A stretch of DNA of 64,000 bases from Chrysomallon squamiferum. Lineage: Eukaryota; Animalia; Mollusca. Below, piece after piece: positions 30,026 through 43,012 of this stretch; the first letter of the stretch is position 1, and each line of letters opens with the position of its first letter. The DNA is taken from positions 434,001-498,000 of the forward strand of contig CM022677.1 of the NCBI GenBank assembly GCA_012295275.1. Direction: 5' to 3'. The translations under genes were made by a program, and so were the position numbers. The notes under the pieces were generated by a model. It worked only from the letters and a program-made list of their open reading frames with translations. It did not search any database and was not told the DNA's origin.

Positions 30026-30056
<31 letters not shown>

Positions 30057-30119
30057 GCAGGCGCGAGCTGAAATAACATACGTACAGACACAATCAGACA
30101 TACACAATACGGTCACTCG

Positions 30120-30152
<33 letters not shown>

Positions 30153-31367
30153 ATAATAAATAAAGACATAAAGAAATAAATATTAAGAAAAAAAATAATA
30201 AAAAAAAAATATATATATATATGACGAGAGAAAAGGAAAAAAGACATCGGGTTTCATCCGTCCACTGTCACAGCCTTCATTTCCTTACACGGCTTATCTC
30301 CCTCTAATAATTCTCGTTTCGTGTAGTCGTCGAAATGACCAGAGAAAAATAATCTCTAAATTCGATGCAAAGTTGCCGCCACGTTTGTGTGCTTGATTCC
30401 AAATATCATTCTATATGGATTTTGTTTGAACTTGGTGCTGCCAAAAAAATTGTTGTGTTTTTTTTTTTGGTTTATTTGCTTTTTTTCAACAGGGTTCAAT
30501 ACGTTTAATAAATGAGTTAGTTTTGCTGCAGTGAACAAAAAAACGCATGCAAGACCGAGTCCACGGTACCGACGCACACTAGGCACACTGTCTGTGGAGT
30601 GGGCTCAATCTTCCATTCGTAAAGATGTTTTCGGACTAACTGCAACAACAACAACAACAACAACAACGTGTCTGATCATTTTATAAATTAAATCGTAATC
30701 GTCGTTATTTTCAATTAAGACAGAATTTAATCATTTTTAATGTTCGAAGAGAACCTGGTCAATTGTAAATGGGTAGGTTATTCGTCAATAGATGAGGCAA
30801 CTGCCGAATTGTCCGGCAGTGCCTGAAAATTTGAAAGAAAAAGAAAGAAAGAAAACAAGAAAAAGAAAAAAAAAACAAGAAAAAAAAACGAACCGACGTC
30901 TATTTATCTTCGTTCTTCTTCTTGCGTGCGCTGAATAACGACAATGATAACGATGGCAATAATAATAATAATAATAATAAAATCGAAATGAAAATACATT
31001 AATTATCGCGCCGTCGTGATCTCGCAATTCAATTTTACGTTGGAAGATACCTTTTTCGAACCGGCACGCGCACACACACACACGCACACACACGCACACG
31101 CACACGCATACACACAGGCGCGTTCTGAAATAACAAACATACGTACACACACAATCAGACATACACAACACGGTCACTCCAAAAATAAATAAATACGCAA
31201 AAACACACAAAGAGAATACCGATGTCAATTGGCTCTTGCTGTTGCTCTTAAAATAAGAAAGAAAAAAAGAAAGAAAGAAAAAATGAAACGAAGAAAGTAA
31301 GAAGGAAAGTAAAAAGAAAGTAAGAAAGTAAGAAAGAAAGAAAGAAAAGAAAAGAAAAGAAAGAGGC

Positions 31368-31487
31368 GTGTCTACGGCACTCGGTGTTCCCAGGCGGTCA
31401 CCCATCCAAGTACTGTCCGAGCCCTGCGTTGCTTAACTTCGGTGATCGGACGAGAACCGGTGTTTTCAACGTGGTGTGGCCGTAGAC
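31368..31487 (-). rRNA. 5S rRNA: 5S ribosomal RNA gene
   Basis: Reverse complement is GTCTACGGCCACACCACGTTGAAAACACCGGTTCTCGTCCGATCACCGAAGTTAAGCAACG...AGTACTTGGATGGGTGACCGCCTGGGAACACCGAGTGCCGTAGACAC. Terminal helix and boxes A/C intact; T-rich Pol III terminator follows; ATAAATA about 25-30 nt upstream. Confidence 0.98.
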
Positions 31488-31561
31488 GATCGCTTTAACG
31501 AACCGAGGTCTATTTATCTTTGTTGTTCTTATTGCGTCCGCTAAATAACGATGACGACGTC

Positions 31562-31592
<31 letters not shown>

Positions 31593-31725
31593 GAAAAAAA
31601 GAATAAATAAAATAAAATATGTAAAACTTAAAAAAAAAAAAAAAACATGACAAAAAAAAAAATAAGATAAAAACATGAGGAAAAAGTAAATAAAGAAAAA
31701 GAAAGAAAAAGAATTAAAAAAAAAG

Positions 31726-31763
<38 letters not shown>

Positions 31764-31907
31764 GAAAGAAATAAAAAAAGAAAAATAAAGCGCTGGCAGT
31801 ATTCGATCTTCTTGTTCTTCTTCTACTCAAAGAAAGAAAGAAAGAAAGCGCCATGCGTGTGTGTGTGTGTCTGTGCATCAACGGTACTGTACTATAACAA
31901 CAACAAC

Positions 31908-31948
<41 letters not shown>

Positions 31949-32169
31949 GTAGTAGTAGTATTAGTAGTAGTAGTAGCGGTATTGATAATAATACAAAGGT
32001 TTCGTACTTATCCTGTGTTCACGAGTCATTTTGCACGAAATTAGCATTATTGCTGTTGTGGTTGTTGTTGTGAACAGCATTTCGTCTTTCGTGGCGATGG
32101 ACAGTAAAGTGTCACTGTCAATAATACTTTTTTATTATTATTCTTAATTTTTGTGCAGTGTTTAACGCG

Positions 32170-32712
32170 AAATTGACATCGGTAGCGAGTACCGAGACCC
32201 AGTTTTCTACCGTTCATCTCACCGTTGCCATGGGAACCGATCTCAGCTCAGCTCCGTTCGGCTACACTCGGGTAGTGTCGGGTCGGGTCAGGTCGGGTCG
32301 GGTCGACTGCACTCCACTCGGCGGACGAGAGAAAAAGAGAAAAGCCATTTACTTACTTATTTTCTAAATGACTAAAAAAAAAACAAAAATAAATAAATAA
32401 ATAAAAAGGAAAAATTGAAATTGAAATGCATTAATAATCGCGCCGTCGTGATGTTGCAATTCAGTTTTACATTGGAAGACACCTTTTTCAAACCGACGGC
32501 CGCACGCACGCGCACACACACACACACACAGACACACACACACACACACAGATACACATACACATACAATACAATACAATTCATTCATACATACTTACGC
32601 ACGCACGCAGACACGCAGACATGGCCGCACAAACATAAACACACGGTTCCCATGGCAGCGCTGAGATGAATGTTTGAAAACTGGGTCCCGGTACTCGCTA
32701 CCGATGACAATT
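32170..32712. repeat. About 70-bp inverted repeat pair in the 5S spacer (32170-32239 and 32643-32712)
   Basis: CATCGGTAGCGAGTACCGAGACCCAGTTTTC...TGCCATGGGAACCG versus CGGTTCCCATGGCA...GAAAACTGGGTCCCGGTACTCGCTACCGATG. Confidence 0.85.
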
Positions 32713-32752
32713 CCACCTTAAGCAGTGTGCATACACAGACACACACACACAT

Positions 32753-32783
<31 letters not shown>

Positions 32784-33906
32784 CACATACGCAGGCGCGA
32801 GCTGAAATAACATACGTACACACACAATCAGGTATACACAACACGGTCACTCCAAAAAAAAAAGAAAAAAATAAATAAAGAAAGAAAAAAAGAAAAAAAG
32901 AAAATAAAAATAAATAAAGAAATAAATATTAAGAAAAAAAATAATTAAAAATAAAAATATATATATATATTTTTAAATTATTTATATATATATGTGTGTG
33001 TGTGTGTGACGAGAGAAAAGGTAAAAACACATCGGGTTTCATCCGTCCACTGTCACAGCCTTCATTTCCTTACACGGCTTATCTCCCTCTAATAATTCTC
33101 GTTTCGTGTAGTCGTCGAAATGACCAGAGAAAAATAATCTCTAAATTCGATGCAAAGTTGCCGCCACGTTTGTATGCTTGATTCCAAATATCATTCTATA
33201 TGGATTTAGTTTGAACTTGGTTCTGCCAAAAAGTTGTGTTTTTTGTTTGTTGTTTTTTTCAATACGTTTAATAAATGAGTTAGTTTTGCTGCAGTGAACA
33301 AAAAGACGCATGCAAGACCGAGTCCACGGCACAGACGCACACTAGGCACAGTGTCTGTGGAATGGGCTCGATCTTCCATTCGTAAAGATGTTTTCTGACT
33401 AACTGCTGCAACAACAACAACAACAACAACGTGTCTGATCATTTTATAAATTAAATCGTAATCGTCGTTATTTTCAATTAAGACAGAATTTAATGTCTGC
33501 CACACATTTTTACAAATTTATGGAAACAATTTCCCCATCTATTTATTTTTTAATTTTTTTTTTTTTTTTAATTTTTTTTTTTTTTTCGTAATATTCATTC
33601 GAAACAATAAACACTAAATACAAATGACAACAACAATACAAACATGCACGAATATATATTATATCATAAAACAAGCAGAAACACCTTACTGAACATAAAA
33701 TGATTTTTAATATTCAAAGAGAACGTGGTCAATTGTAAATGGGTAGGTTATTCGTGAATAGATGAGGCAACTGGCGAATTGTCCGGTAGTGCCTGAAAAT
33801 TAAAATTTAAAACAAAAGAAAGAAAAAAAAAAAGACGAACCGACGTCTATTTATCTTCGTTCTTCTTATTGCGTGCGCTGAATAACGACAACGATAACGA
33901 TGGCAA

Positions 33907-33996
<90 letters not shown>

Positions 33997-35686
33997 CTAT
34001 CACCCAAGTTATACGGTATGATGGTAGCATCATTCGTTCAGAGATGAAAAGAAGAATGAACAAGACATTTCATATGGAAATGAAGAAAAATTATACAACA
34101 ACAACAACGACAACAACAATAATAATTATAATAATTATCATGATGATGATGATAATGACGGTAATAATAAATAATAACAGCAACAACAATGGATATTTAG
34201 CTGTGCAGCCGTTGTTTTTTTTTCGCTACAGACTCGAGAGCTCCATTTTACATGTGCAGTGATCACACTTCTGTACTTGTATACTTCTTTTAACACAACT
34301 TGCCTTTGATTTCGTCACTGACTGTGTCTGTAGAGGTGTAGGCCTGGTCAGCTTTGATGCAGGCCTATCACACTTACAGGTAACACAGTGTTTCGGATGC
34401 AGCGTTATCTACAACATGTTATTACAGCTTCGATGATGCTGAATTACGAAAGAAAAATGTGAGGCGCGGCCGCTGAAAAGGAGCTAAAGTAATACGCCAT
34501 TATTACCTCAGATTTTCTCACTTACAAATCAACTTTTAATAATGATAATAATAATAATAATAATAATAATGATGACGATGGTAATAATAAACTTTGATAT
34601 TACTCCAAAGCAACCATGTAGTGTTCTATAAATCTGTGTTAAAGAACGTTTTTCTAACACAGTGTATTGATACAAACTACAGTCATGCATCGCTTAACGT
34701 TTCATGTACACGCCCTTTGCCCCCCAGAAATAACAAGAAAATAATGGTAATAATGATGCTGCAGCTGCTGCTGCTGATGATGATGACAATGACAAACAAA
34801 TACAGAAAAGGACAAAAAACAAAAACAACATCAAGAAAAAATTAACTATTGGGACAATTCAGAAAACAAACTCTTATAAATTAACAAGGCGATAATATAG
34901 ATTTTTAATTCCTATCGATTATCAATATACAAATAAATTACTATTTCCTTCAGATGTATTGTTGCTCTTTAAGGAAAAACACAGAAGGGCAGGTAACTCT
35001 AGAGTCATATGATTTAAGAACGAAATAGAAAGTCGAGATGTGTTTTGCAATTGTGATTGTGTTTTCCACCTCACTTGATTTATCTTTCTCCAAACTACTG
35101 GCCGGGTTCGTTCTGCCGCACGGCGGAATTGCTCTGGATCCGAAACATTTCAATACAACCAACCACACAGCAAAACAAGAAGCGTGGAAAATTCACGAAG
35201 CCTGCAAAACTGTCGATCAGACGATTCTCTCTTTATCGCCCGATATACTTTTTCTGAGCACGCCTCATGGTATTTCTGACTTAAATAACTTTGTGTTCTA
35301 TTTAAATCCCACAGGAGAAGGCTTTGCAGATACTGATAATTGCAACTGTCCTCCTTGTTGTTATCTTTTTTAAATTAGCATAGACTAATAATACTCACAG
35401 CAAGAAAACATTATGGTATAAAAATACAGTTATTGATACACAAATTTGTGCTTTCGTTTAATGCAAAGTCTCACAAAAGACTGAGGAACCACAATATGCC
35501 TTTTTCGAAACGTACAGTACATAAAAATTATATATTTATTTGCAATCCTATTGATAATATATTATATAGAAATGTTTCTATATATTTTATCCCAAAACTA
35601 ACATTATTTATAAATACTCTTGTAAAGTAGAGTCATACAATTTTTTCTTTTAAATTTCATTTTCTTGTATTCATTTTGTTACATAT

Positions 35687-35737
<51 letters not shown>

Positions 35738-36539
35738 TTTGGCACATATTAAGATGGGGAGAAATGATACCACTTCATTTGATACCAGATCTGGAAAACA
35801 CAAAAGTTGTAATTCTCTCGCAGCCCAGCAGACGATATACACATGATGTTGCCATGATACCAGAACTTCTCCATTTAGGTATTTCACTGTTTGTCTGTAA
35901 AAATTACATACGATTTGTAAACATTAGTTTATTGGTTATGTAAAATGCCCTCGTCGCAGATTTGAGCTTCCTGCTTTTTTTTTTGTGACCTTATCAATAT
36001 TTTGTAACAACTTGTGGACACCAAATGGATTATCGAAACGAGTTAAATCGAACAAACAAACAACAACAAAGATAATAAATAATAATAAGGAAAAAATTAA
36101 AAAAACAAAATGTCTGGAATGACATCGTTTTACAGGAAGATATTATTAAAATGTATTTCCTTGAAGAGAGAAAGTAGATGGTTATTAATAATAAAAATTA
36201 TTTATGTGCTGGCATGTCTGTGTAGAATGTCATCAAATCCTGCGTAGTTTAAAAAAAGAAAGAAAACAATTGTCAAAATTAAACGAAACAGTATCTGGGT
36301 GTTTTTTCCCACTCTGTTTGCAGTCTTATTAGTAACTGTATATACTAACAGTTAGTTATTTACTACCAAATTTCTGTCATAATGTTGATATAGTGTCACG
36401 GAATTCAGATTGCTTAACTTTAATTGTTACTTCAAATCACATCCGCTCCTTTATTTTAAGGGATGGAATTGAAATTGCTTAACTTTAATTATTACTACAA
36501 TCACATCGGTCTTTTTATTGTTTCCGCAAAATTTTCAAC

Positions 36540-39500
36540 CCCACAAAAGTAATTTCCACACATAAGTAATTTCCTAATTATATTAAGAATAAAAACAAGC
36601 AAGACAACGGAAACACATCTGACGGCTCATTAAACGACATCATCTACGTGGGACTGGTACAGACGACACCTGACGGCTCTCCCTGCCCCGACCTGTCCAA
36701 TCCCCCAGAATGTCCCCAAATCTGTAACAAATGTCCCAACCGGACTGATCACCGTTCCGGAGTCCCCCCAGCCAAAAAATAAAAATAAAAAACGAAAAAC
36801 CCATCCAACTGTCCCATCTCCCCTAGAACAGCTACCAGTCAGCACAGCAAACCGATTTTCGGCCCTGGACATGCTTAACATCGCTGTCCCCCAACAGGGC
36901 TCCCACAAATCACTCAAACTGTCCGCCAGTCCCCCTAGACCCGCTAAGTCACCAATCCCCGGGCTGAGGCGGGTTTTGTTTAACAAAAAAAAAAACCCGA
37001 CCCTGTACGAAGCCATCTTCTTCCAACAGTCCGTCTCGCGACTGTTGGACGACACATTATTCCACACCCGGCTGTCTGATGAGATCAGCTTCATCAGGGC
37101 CGAGTCGGACAGCTCACTCATCAAACTGGGTACGACCATGGAACTGATGCCCAACCCCAAACAGTGTCAAAATGTGTGTGTCACACTCGAGAGGTGTACA
37201 GAGGAATCTCGAGAGAGGAGGGAACCCACCCACGTAAAAACCCTATACACCTATACCCCCATCGAACTTGGTTACTCGCAAGACCAATAAAGCAGTCAAG
37301 CCATCCATAATCAAAGGGACAAAACGGTGGCCTACGGCACTTGGGGGGGACTATACCTTCACTGCAGAACCCCTAACCCAGGTAAACACTCCAAAAAAAA
37401 GAAAACAACAAAACAAACACCAAACAAAAACGTCTTTTTAACAGTAGCAACCAACACAAATCCGACAGCACCGAAAGAAAAATATAAACATCGCCATAAT
37501 AACCCCACAAAACAAAACCCCCAACGCCCCCCCCTCAAACTATGAAAGAACACAGAGGAGTTTGCGCACCTCACCCTCACACAACACAGAGGAGTTTGCG
37601 CACCTCACCCTCACACAACACAGAGGAGTTTCCGCACCTCACCCTCACACAACACAGAGAACCTGGCCTCGAGAGTTCTTTTACTCGAGCGTACCACCAA
37701 CTGGACGAGCAAAATCCATTCCACAACAACAAAACAACACCCCACAAAAACACACTCAATACACAACACAAAGGTACACGCGACACCAACAGCAACCACC
37801 ACCGCAACAGACCACACCCTAAGAGGACTGGTGAAAATGACAACAATTAAAGAAACAACCACAGAAATCCTAAAAATAATAAAAGAAGAAAACCCAGATG
37901 TGATGATTCAGACCATCACCACCTGGAGCAACGGCTACTGGGATGTGCGTCTGTCTGCCACAACAAAAGTTGACCACATCCTTTTCAAACAGCAACAACT
38001 GAAACTGCTGACATTTGAGGCACAACCTATCAAATGCGCCCAGTGTCAACGATGGGAACATAACGCCAAAAGATGCAGGTCGTTGAGGGGACACCCAGCG
38101 TGTTTCAGATGTGGGGGCAGACACCCCAAGAAAACGCCTGACAACCCGTGCCGTCAACCCATCCAATGCACAAACTGTTACGGCCGACACCACACACACA
38201 GCCACCTATGTGCGGCCTACCAAAACGCACTCAAACACCTGGATGTCAAAAACACACACACAGCTAGCACCCCTCACTCGTCAGCCACACACTCATACAC
38301 ACCAGCCCCCAGGACAAACACAACACAAACACAACTAGGCGCACTAAACAACAAAGATAGCCCAGTGACAGCCCTCCAGCTACTCAGAGTTGTCACTGGC
38401 CTATTCCTAGACGGATCCCTGCGGAACCCCAACCACAACGCCAATAACAGATCGGATGCAGACATAGAGAAAGCCACTGTGTCAGCATGTCAGACAGAAA
38501 CACCTGGGACTACCGCTGTAACTTGACACTGTGCTCACACAATCAGTGAATTACTACCAAAACAACATCAACACCGAGAACACCAAACAAGTAAAATAAA
38601 TGCAATCAAAATACACGCAACAGAACTAATCTCCAACACTACCAAACTCCGTCACACCGCACATGGGAGACAAACAACACACACACAGAAACAACAAACC
38701 TAAACATCCTACAATGGAATGCCAAAGGCCTCAAATCAAAAGGTCATGGCGACGAACTCAAACAATACATAATCAACGCTAATCCTCACAAGAAACGTGG
38801 ATCACCAACACACAAACAAGGAAGAACCAACTCTTCCAAAACTTTAACATTCCAGGATTCTTTGGCTTCTTTCACAACACTAACTGCACCACGAGAGGAG
38901 GAGTAGCAACTTATGTCAGAAATGAACTATCCTACTCACGTATCCCACTAACCAATCACCACTCAGCATAGAGACACTTGGGATAACAATCCATGGCCAG
39001 GCTGAAGACATTAACGTTTTCAACTACTACACTCACCCAGGCAAAAATCACTACAACATAACACTAGAACACTACACTAAAAGCATTCCCTCTAAATATA
39101 TCGACAACTCCATCATACTAGGGGACTTCAACAGCAGAAACCACCTATGGGGATCCTCTAGTACATGCAAACAGGGAACCATCATCGAAACATTTACGGA
39201 TCTTAACAAACACATATGTCTGAACGATGGCACGCCAACCTTCCTATCAGACGTATACAACACCTGGTCATGCCTTGATATCTCAACAGTGTCTGAAAAA
39301 ATAGCCTCTAAATGTGAATGGACAGTTCTCAACAACCTCAACAGCGATCACCTACCAATACTCATCTCATACAACACTGAAAATAACTGGAAAGAGGTAT
39401 CAATAAACAAACACAAATGAAACTTCACGAAAGCCGACTTGACTGAATTTGAAAAGCAATGTCTGGAAACAGATCCCAAACTCATTCGAAGCAATAATAT

Positions 39501-42500
39501 TGACACTTTTAACCAAAATTTAACTGACAGAATAATTAGCATTGCCTATAAAACTATTCCAATTTCTAACTGTAAATACAAAAATAATTCAGTCCCTTGG
39601 TAGAGTGAAGAACTAAAACTCCTTACAAAGGCACGCAACAAATATCGCAAAACACACCAAAAAAAATAACTCAGCAACCAATCTCGCGAACCTCAAAATC
39701 AGTAAACACAAAGTCTCACAAGCCGTGCTAAATGCAAAAAAAGAATCGTGGAAAACATTCTGCACCTCTATCAACAAAAACACGTCTAGTAAGGAAATTT
39801 GGGCCAAAATTAAACGCATACAATGAAACCAATTAACAAGAACACACTACTAGTCCGTAACAAAAACTTCCATACAAACAAAGAGAAGGCCGCTGCTCTG
39901 GGAGATGTCTTTAAAAACAACTCGAGTACAAACAACTTTCCCCCCAAATTTCGAAAAATTAAAAATAAATTAGAAACAGTCAACAAAATCCCACCTGACT
40001 CAAAAACCTCAGGAACGAAATACAATATTCCCTTCACACTCCAAGAAATGACAGCGGCTTTCTCCGACTGTAAAGGAACAGCCACCGGGCCAGACACATT
40101 CTCCTACCTTTTCTTTCAAAACATGACCACAGACATGCTAAATCTATTTCTGGAACTCTATAACACTATCTCGAAGGAAGGATACCTTCCCCTCAAATGG
40201 AAGCATCATGAAGTCTTCAGCCTTCCAAAACAGGCTAAGGACCTTTCCAACCCCTCCAACTATCGTCCTATCTCACTAACGTCCTGTGTCTGCAAAACCA
40301 TGGATGCTAAGGTCAACAAACGCCTAACACACTTTCTGGAAAAAAAACTAACTAATTTCAACCTTTCAAAGTGACTTCAGAAAGAACCATTCCACAAGCG
40401 ACCACATAACCAGATTACAATCTGAAATCTCCGAATCTTTGTTTACTGGACAAAAAGTGGTAGGAGTGTTTGTTGACATAGAAAAAGCCTATGATATGGT
40501 CTGGAGACATGGTCTTCTAATCAAAGTCTACAACATGGACATAAGAGGTCCTATGTTCGGCTTTATAGAAGCATTCTTGAAAAACAGATCCTTTACGGTC
40601 AATGTAGACAAAAACTTCTCAGACAGCTTGGATTTGGAGAATGGGATCCCCCAGGGTTCAGTTATCGCCTCTACTCTTTTTAGCATTTTTATTAATGACC
40701 TAGCACATAAACTAGCCACTAACTCGAAAACCGCAACTAAGCTTAGTATAGGACTATTTGTGGATGATACAGCCTTTTGGCGTGCTGGAAACTGTCTTAA
40801 ACAAATCAAAACAGATATGCAAAAATACTTAAATAACTTACAAAAATGGGCGGAAACCTGGGGAGTCACTATCTCCCAATCCAAGACTGTCACCAGAACC
40901 TTTGGGAGAAACGCTAACAATAAACACAATACAATAGACGTACATTACAACAACACAAAAATCCCACACGTAAACGCAGTCAAATTCCTGGGAGTCACCT
41001 TCGACAGGTGCCTTACCTTCAAACAACACATCACCAACACACTCAACACATGCACAAAATACATGCATTTACTGAACGTGCTTTCGAACGCCAAATGGGG
41101 AGCTGACAGAAAATCTCTGTTGATGGTGTTCGAAGCACTAGTAGTGTGAAGACTCCAGTATGGGTCCCAGGCGTTCAGCGGTGTGTCTGAATACCAACTA
41201 AACCGACTAGACACGGTATACAACAAGGCACTAAGAATTGTTGCCAGGGTCTTCCCAGGCTCACCGACGGACCTAGAACTCGAAAACAACCCTCCACCAT
41301 CAGAACCCCCATGGACAATAAAACAACTAGACATACCTCTAACGCTTAGACAGGAAGTATCGAAGACGGAACACGACCCATTTAAAAACGTAATTTTTAG
41401 AGCAGCATTAAGCAACCACTACTCGGACTTCATACAGGTCTATACAGACGGCTCCAAAGACCCTCTAACGGGAAGAACAGGCATGGCCTTTCATGTCAGG
41501 CCGGAACTACCCGACCTACCCTTCAACTACTGAGGTAGACTGACCAACAACCTATCCGTCTTTACTACGGAACTAATTGATATCCTCACATACAGAAGTA
41601 GAGTGCCTACCAATCTATTCATCTTTACTACGCAACTAATTGCTATTCTCTCAGCACTTAAATGGGTCCTAACTCAAACTTATGTTACAAACACGAAAAA
41701 GAAATACCTCATACTGACTGACTCCCTCAGCTCATTGCAAGCTCTGTACAAACTCAAATTCAGCAGCTCCCAGTACATTAGAGACATTATCGAACTCACA
41801 AACTGTATCAACTACAGAGGACACAAGGTCACCTTCGAGTGGGTACCCGCTCACGTGGGTGTTACTGGAAACGAGCTGGCAGACAAAAACGCAAAACACT
41901 CGCTAGAAGACGACACGATCGACTTTGACTCTAAATACAACGTTAACGAAATCATGACCATAGCGCACAATAAGCTAATAGAATCGTGGCAACAAGACTG
42001 GGACAACAAAACTAGACTATGGCATTACATAATTAAACCGAAAGTAAACTCGCCCAGCCCACTCTCAGACAACAACAAAACAACTCAAACTTTAACCCGT
42101 CTCAGAGTGGGAGTGACCTTCGGACTAAACGACAGCAGACACAGACTCGACAACACTGTGAGTAACAAGTGCGGCACATGCCATAAACTGGACAACGTCT
42201 ATTGTTCTATTGCACGAAGTACGACAAGGACAGACGCAAACTAAACACAGCTTTAACAAACATCAAAGTCAGGTTTACTCCAGCTGACATTTTCAACCCC
42301 CCCAAACACTTAAAAAAACAAGTAGACAACCTGATAATGCGATTCGTGGAAGCAACAAAAGTCAGAATATAAACACGGACATTTTCACAAAAACACTACA
42401 TAACATAAACACATCCGTATCCAACCCCAGAACCAACTGGCAACCTCCCCTCGACGTCTGAACTCCAAAAATTAACAACAACGCGACGTTAACAACAAAA

Positions 42501-42534
42501 AGCAAAAAGATGCCCGACACGATGTCAATACGAG

Positions 42535-42567
<33 letters not shown>

Positions 42568-43012
42568 TTTTTAATAGTAGAAACTAAGTAAATAAATAAA
42601 TAAATAAACAAATAAATAAATAAATATAAATAAATAAAACCCCTTAAACAGTGCCCAATGCATATATATATGTATACATGTGTGGGTGTGTGTATGTATA
42701 TGTATATCTATATATATATATCCACATATGTGTACATGTGTGTATGTGTATGGGTCTGTATATAGGTATCTCTACTGCACCCTTTCGGATCTTAGTAAGT
42801 AAAAACCACTCAAAGGTTTATTCCAAATTGCCCACTTCAAATGCACCTGCACCGACCCCTTCCCGTTCCCTTCCCATTCCTTTTCCCCCTTTTCCCTTCC
42901 CCTCTCCTGTCCCGGAACCCATCCCTGGCGATCCCAGAGATCGGATCCGGGATAGGCGTGCCTGAACCTTGAACTGGACGTGGGCACGTAAAAAGAGTTC
43001 TCCATCCATCCA
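36540..43012 (+). mobile_element. I-group (Nimb-like) non-LTR retrotransposon, 5'-deleted and degenerate: ORF1 with three zinc knuckles; ORF2 APE-RT-RNase H; (CCAT)n tail
   Basis: CAQCQRWEH, CFRCGGRH, CTNCYGRH; QWNAKG, LGDFN, NSDHLPI; NYRPISLTSC, FVDIEKAYD, GIPQGS, FVDD, KFLGV; YTDGSK, TDSLS, WVPAHVGVTGNELAD. Confidence 0.95.
37550..37660 (+). repeat. 34-bp triplication within LINE ORF1
   Basis: CACAGAGGAGTTTGCGCACCTCACCCTCACACAA-type units at 37551, 37585 and 37619. Confidence 0.95.

Larger units (their letters stand above)
29890..33995 (-). repeat. Orphan 5S rDNA repeat block with duplicated spacer modules
   Basis: Module TGAT(C)TCGCAATTCA(A/G)TTTTAC at about 29891, 31017 and 32449. 30222-30980 is duplicated at about 33008-33990. 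The 5S upstream flank recurs at about 30890, 31500 and 33837. Confidence 0.8.
26172..34047 (+). pseudogene. LigB/MEMO-fold gene copy A (fragmentary): 3' half of exon 2 (26172-26231), exon 3 (29018-29148), tail of exon 4 (33996-34047)
   Basis: Near-identical to the exons of copy C. Exon 1 is missing; most of intron 3 and exon 4 is replaced by a LINE fragment and the 5S block. Confidence 0.9.

Noticed and set aside
30785-30835. Hammerhead-like GATGA-stem-GAAA
   Set aside because: It lacks the CUGA core (reads UAGAUGA), has an extra U before GAAA, and no stems I/III were found.
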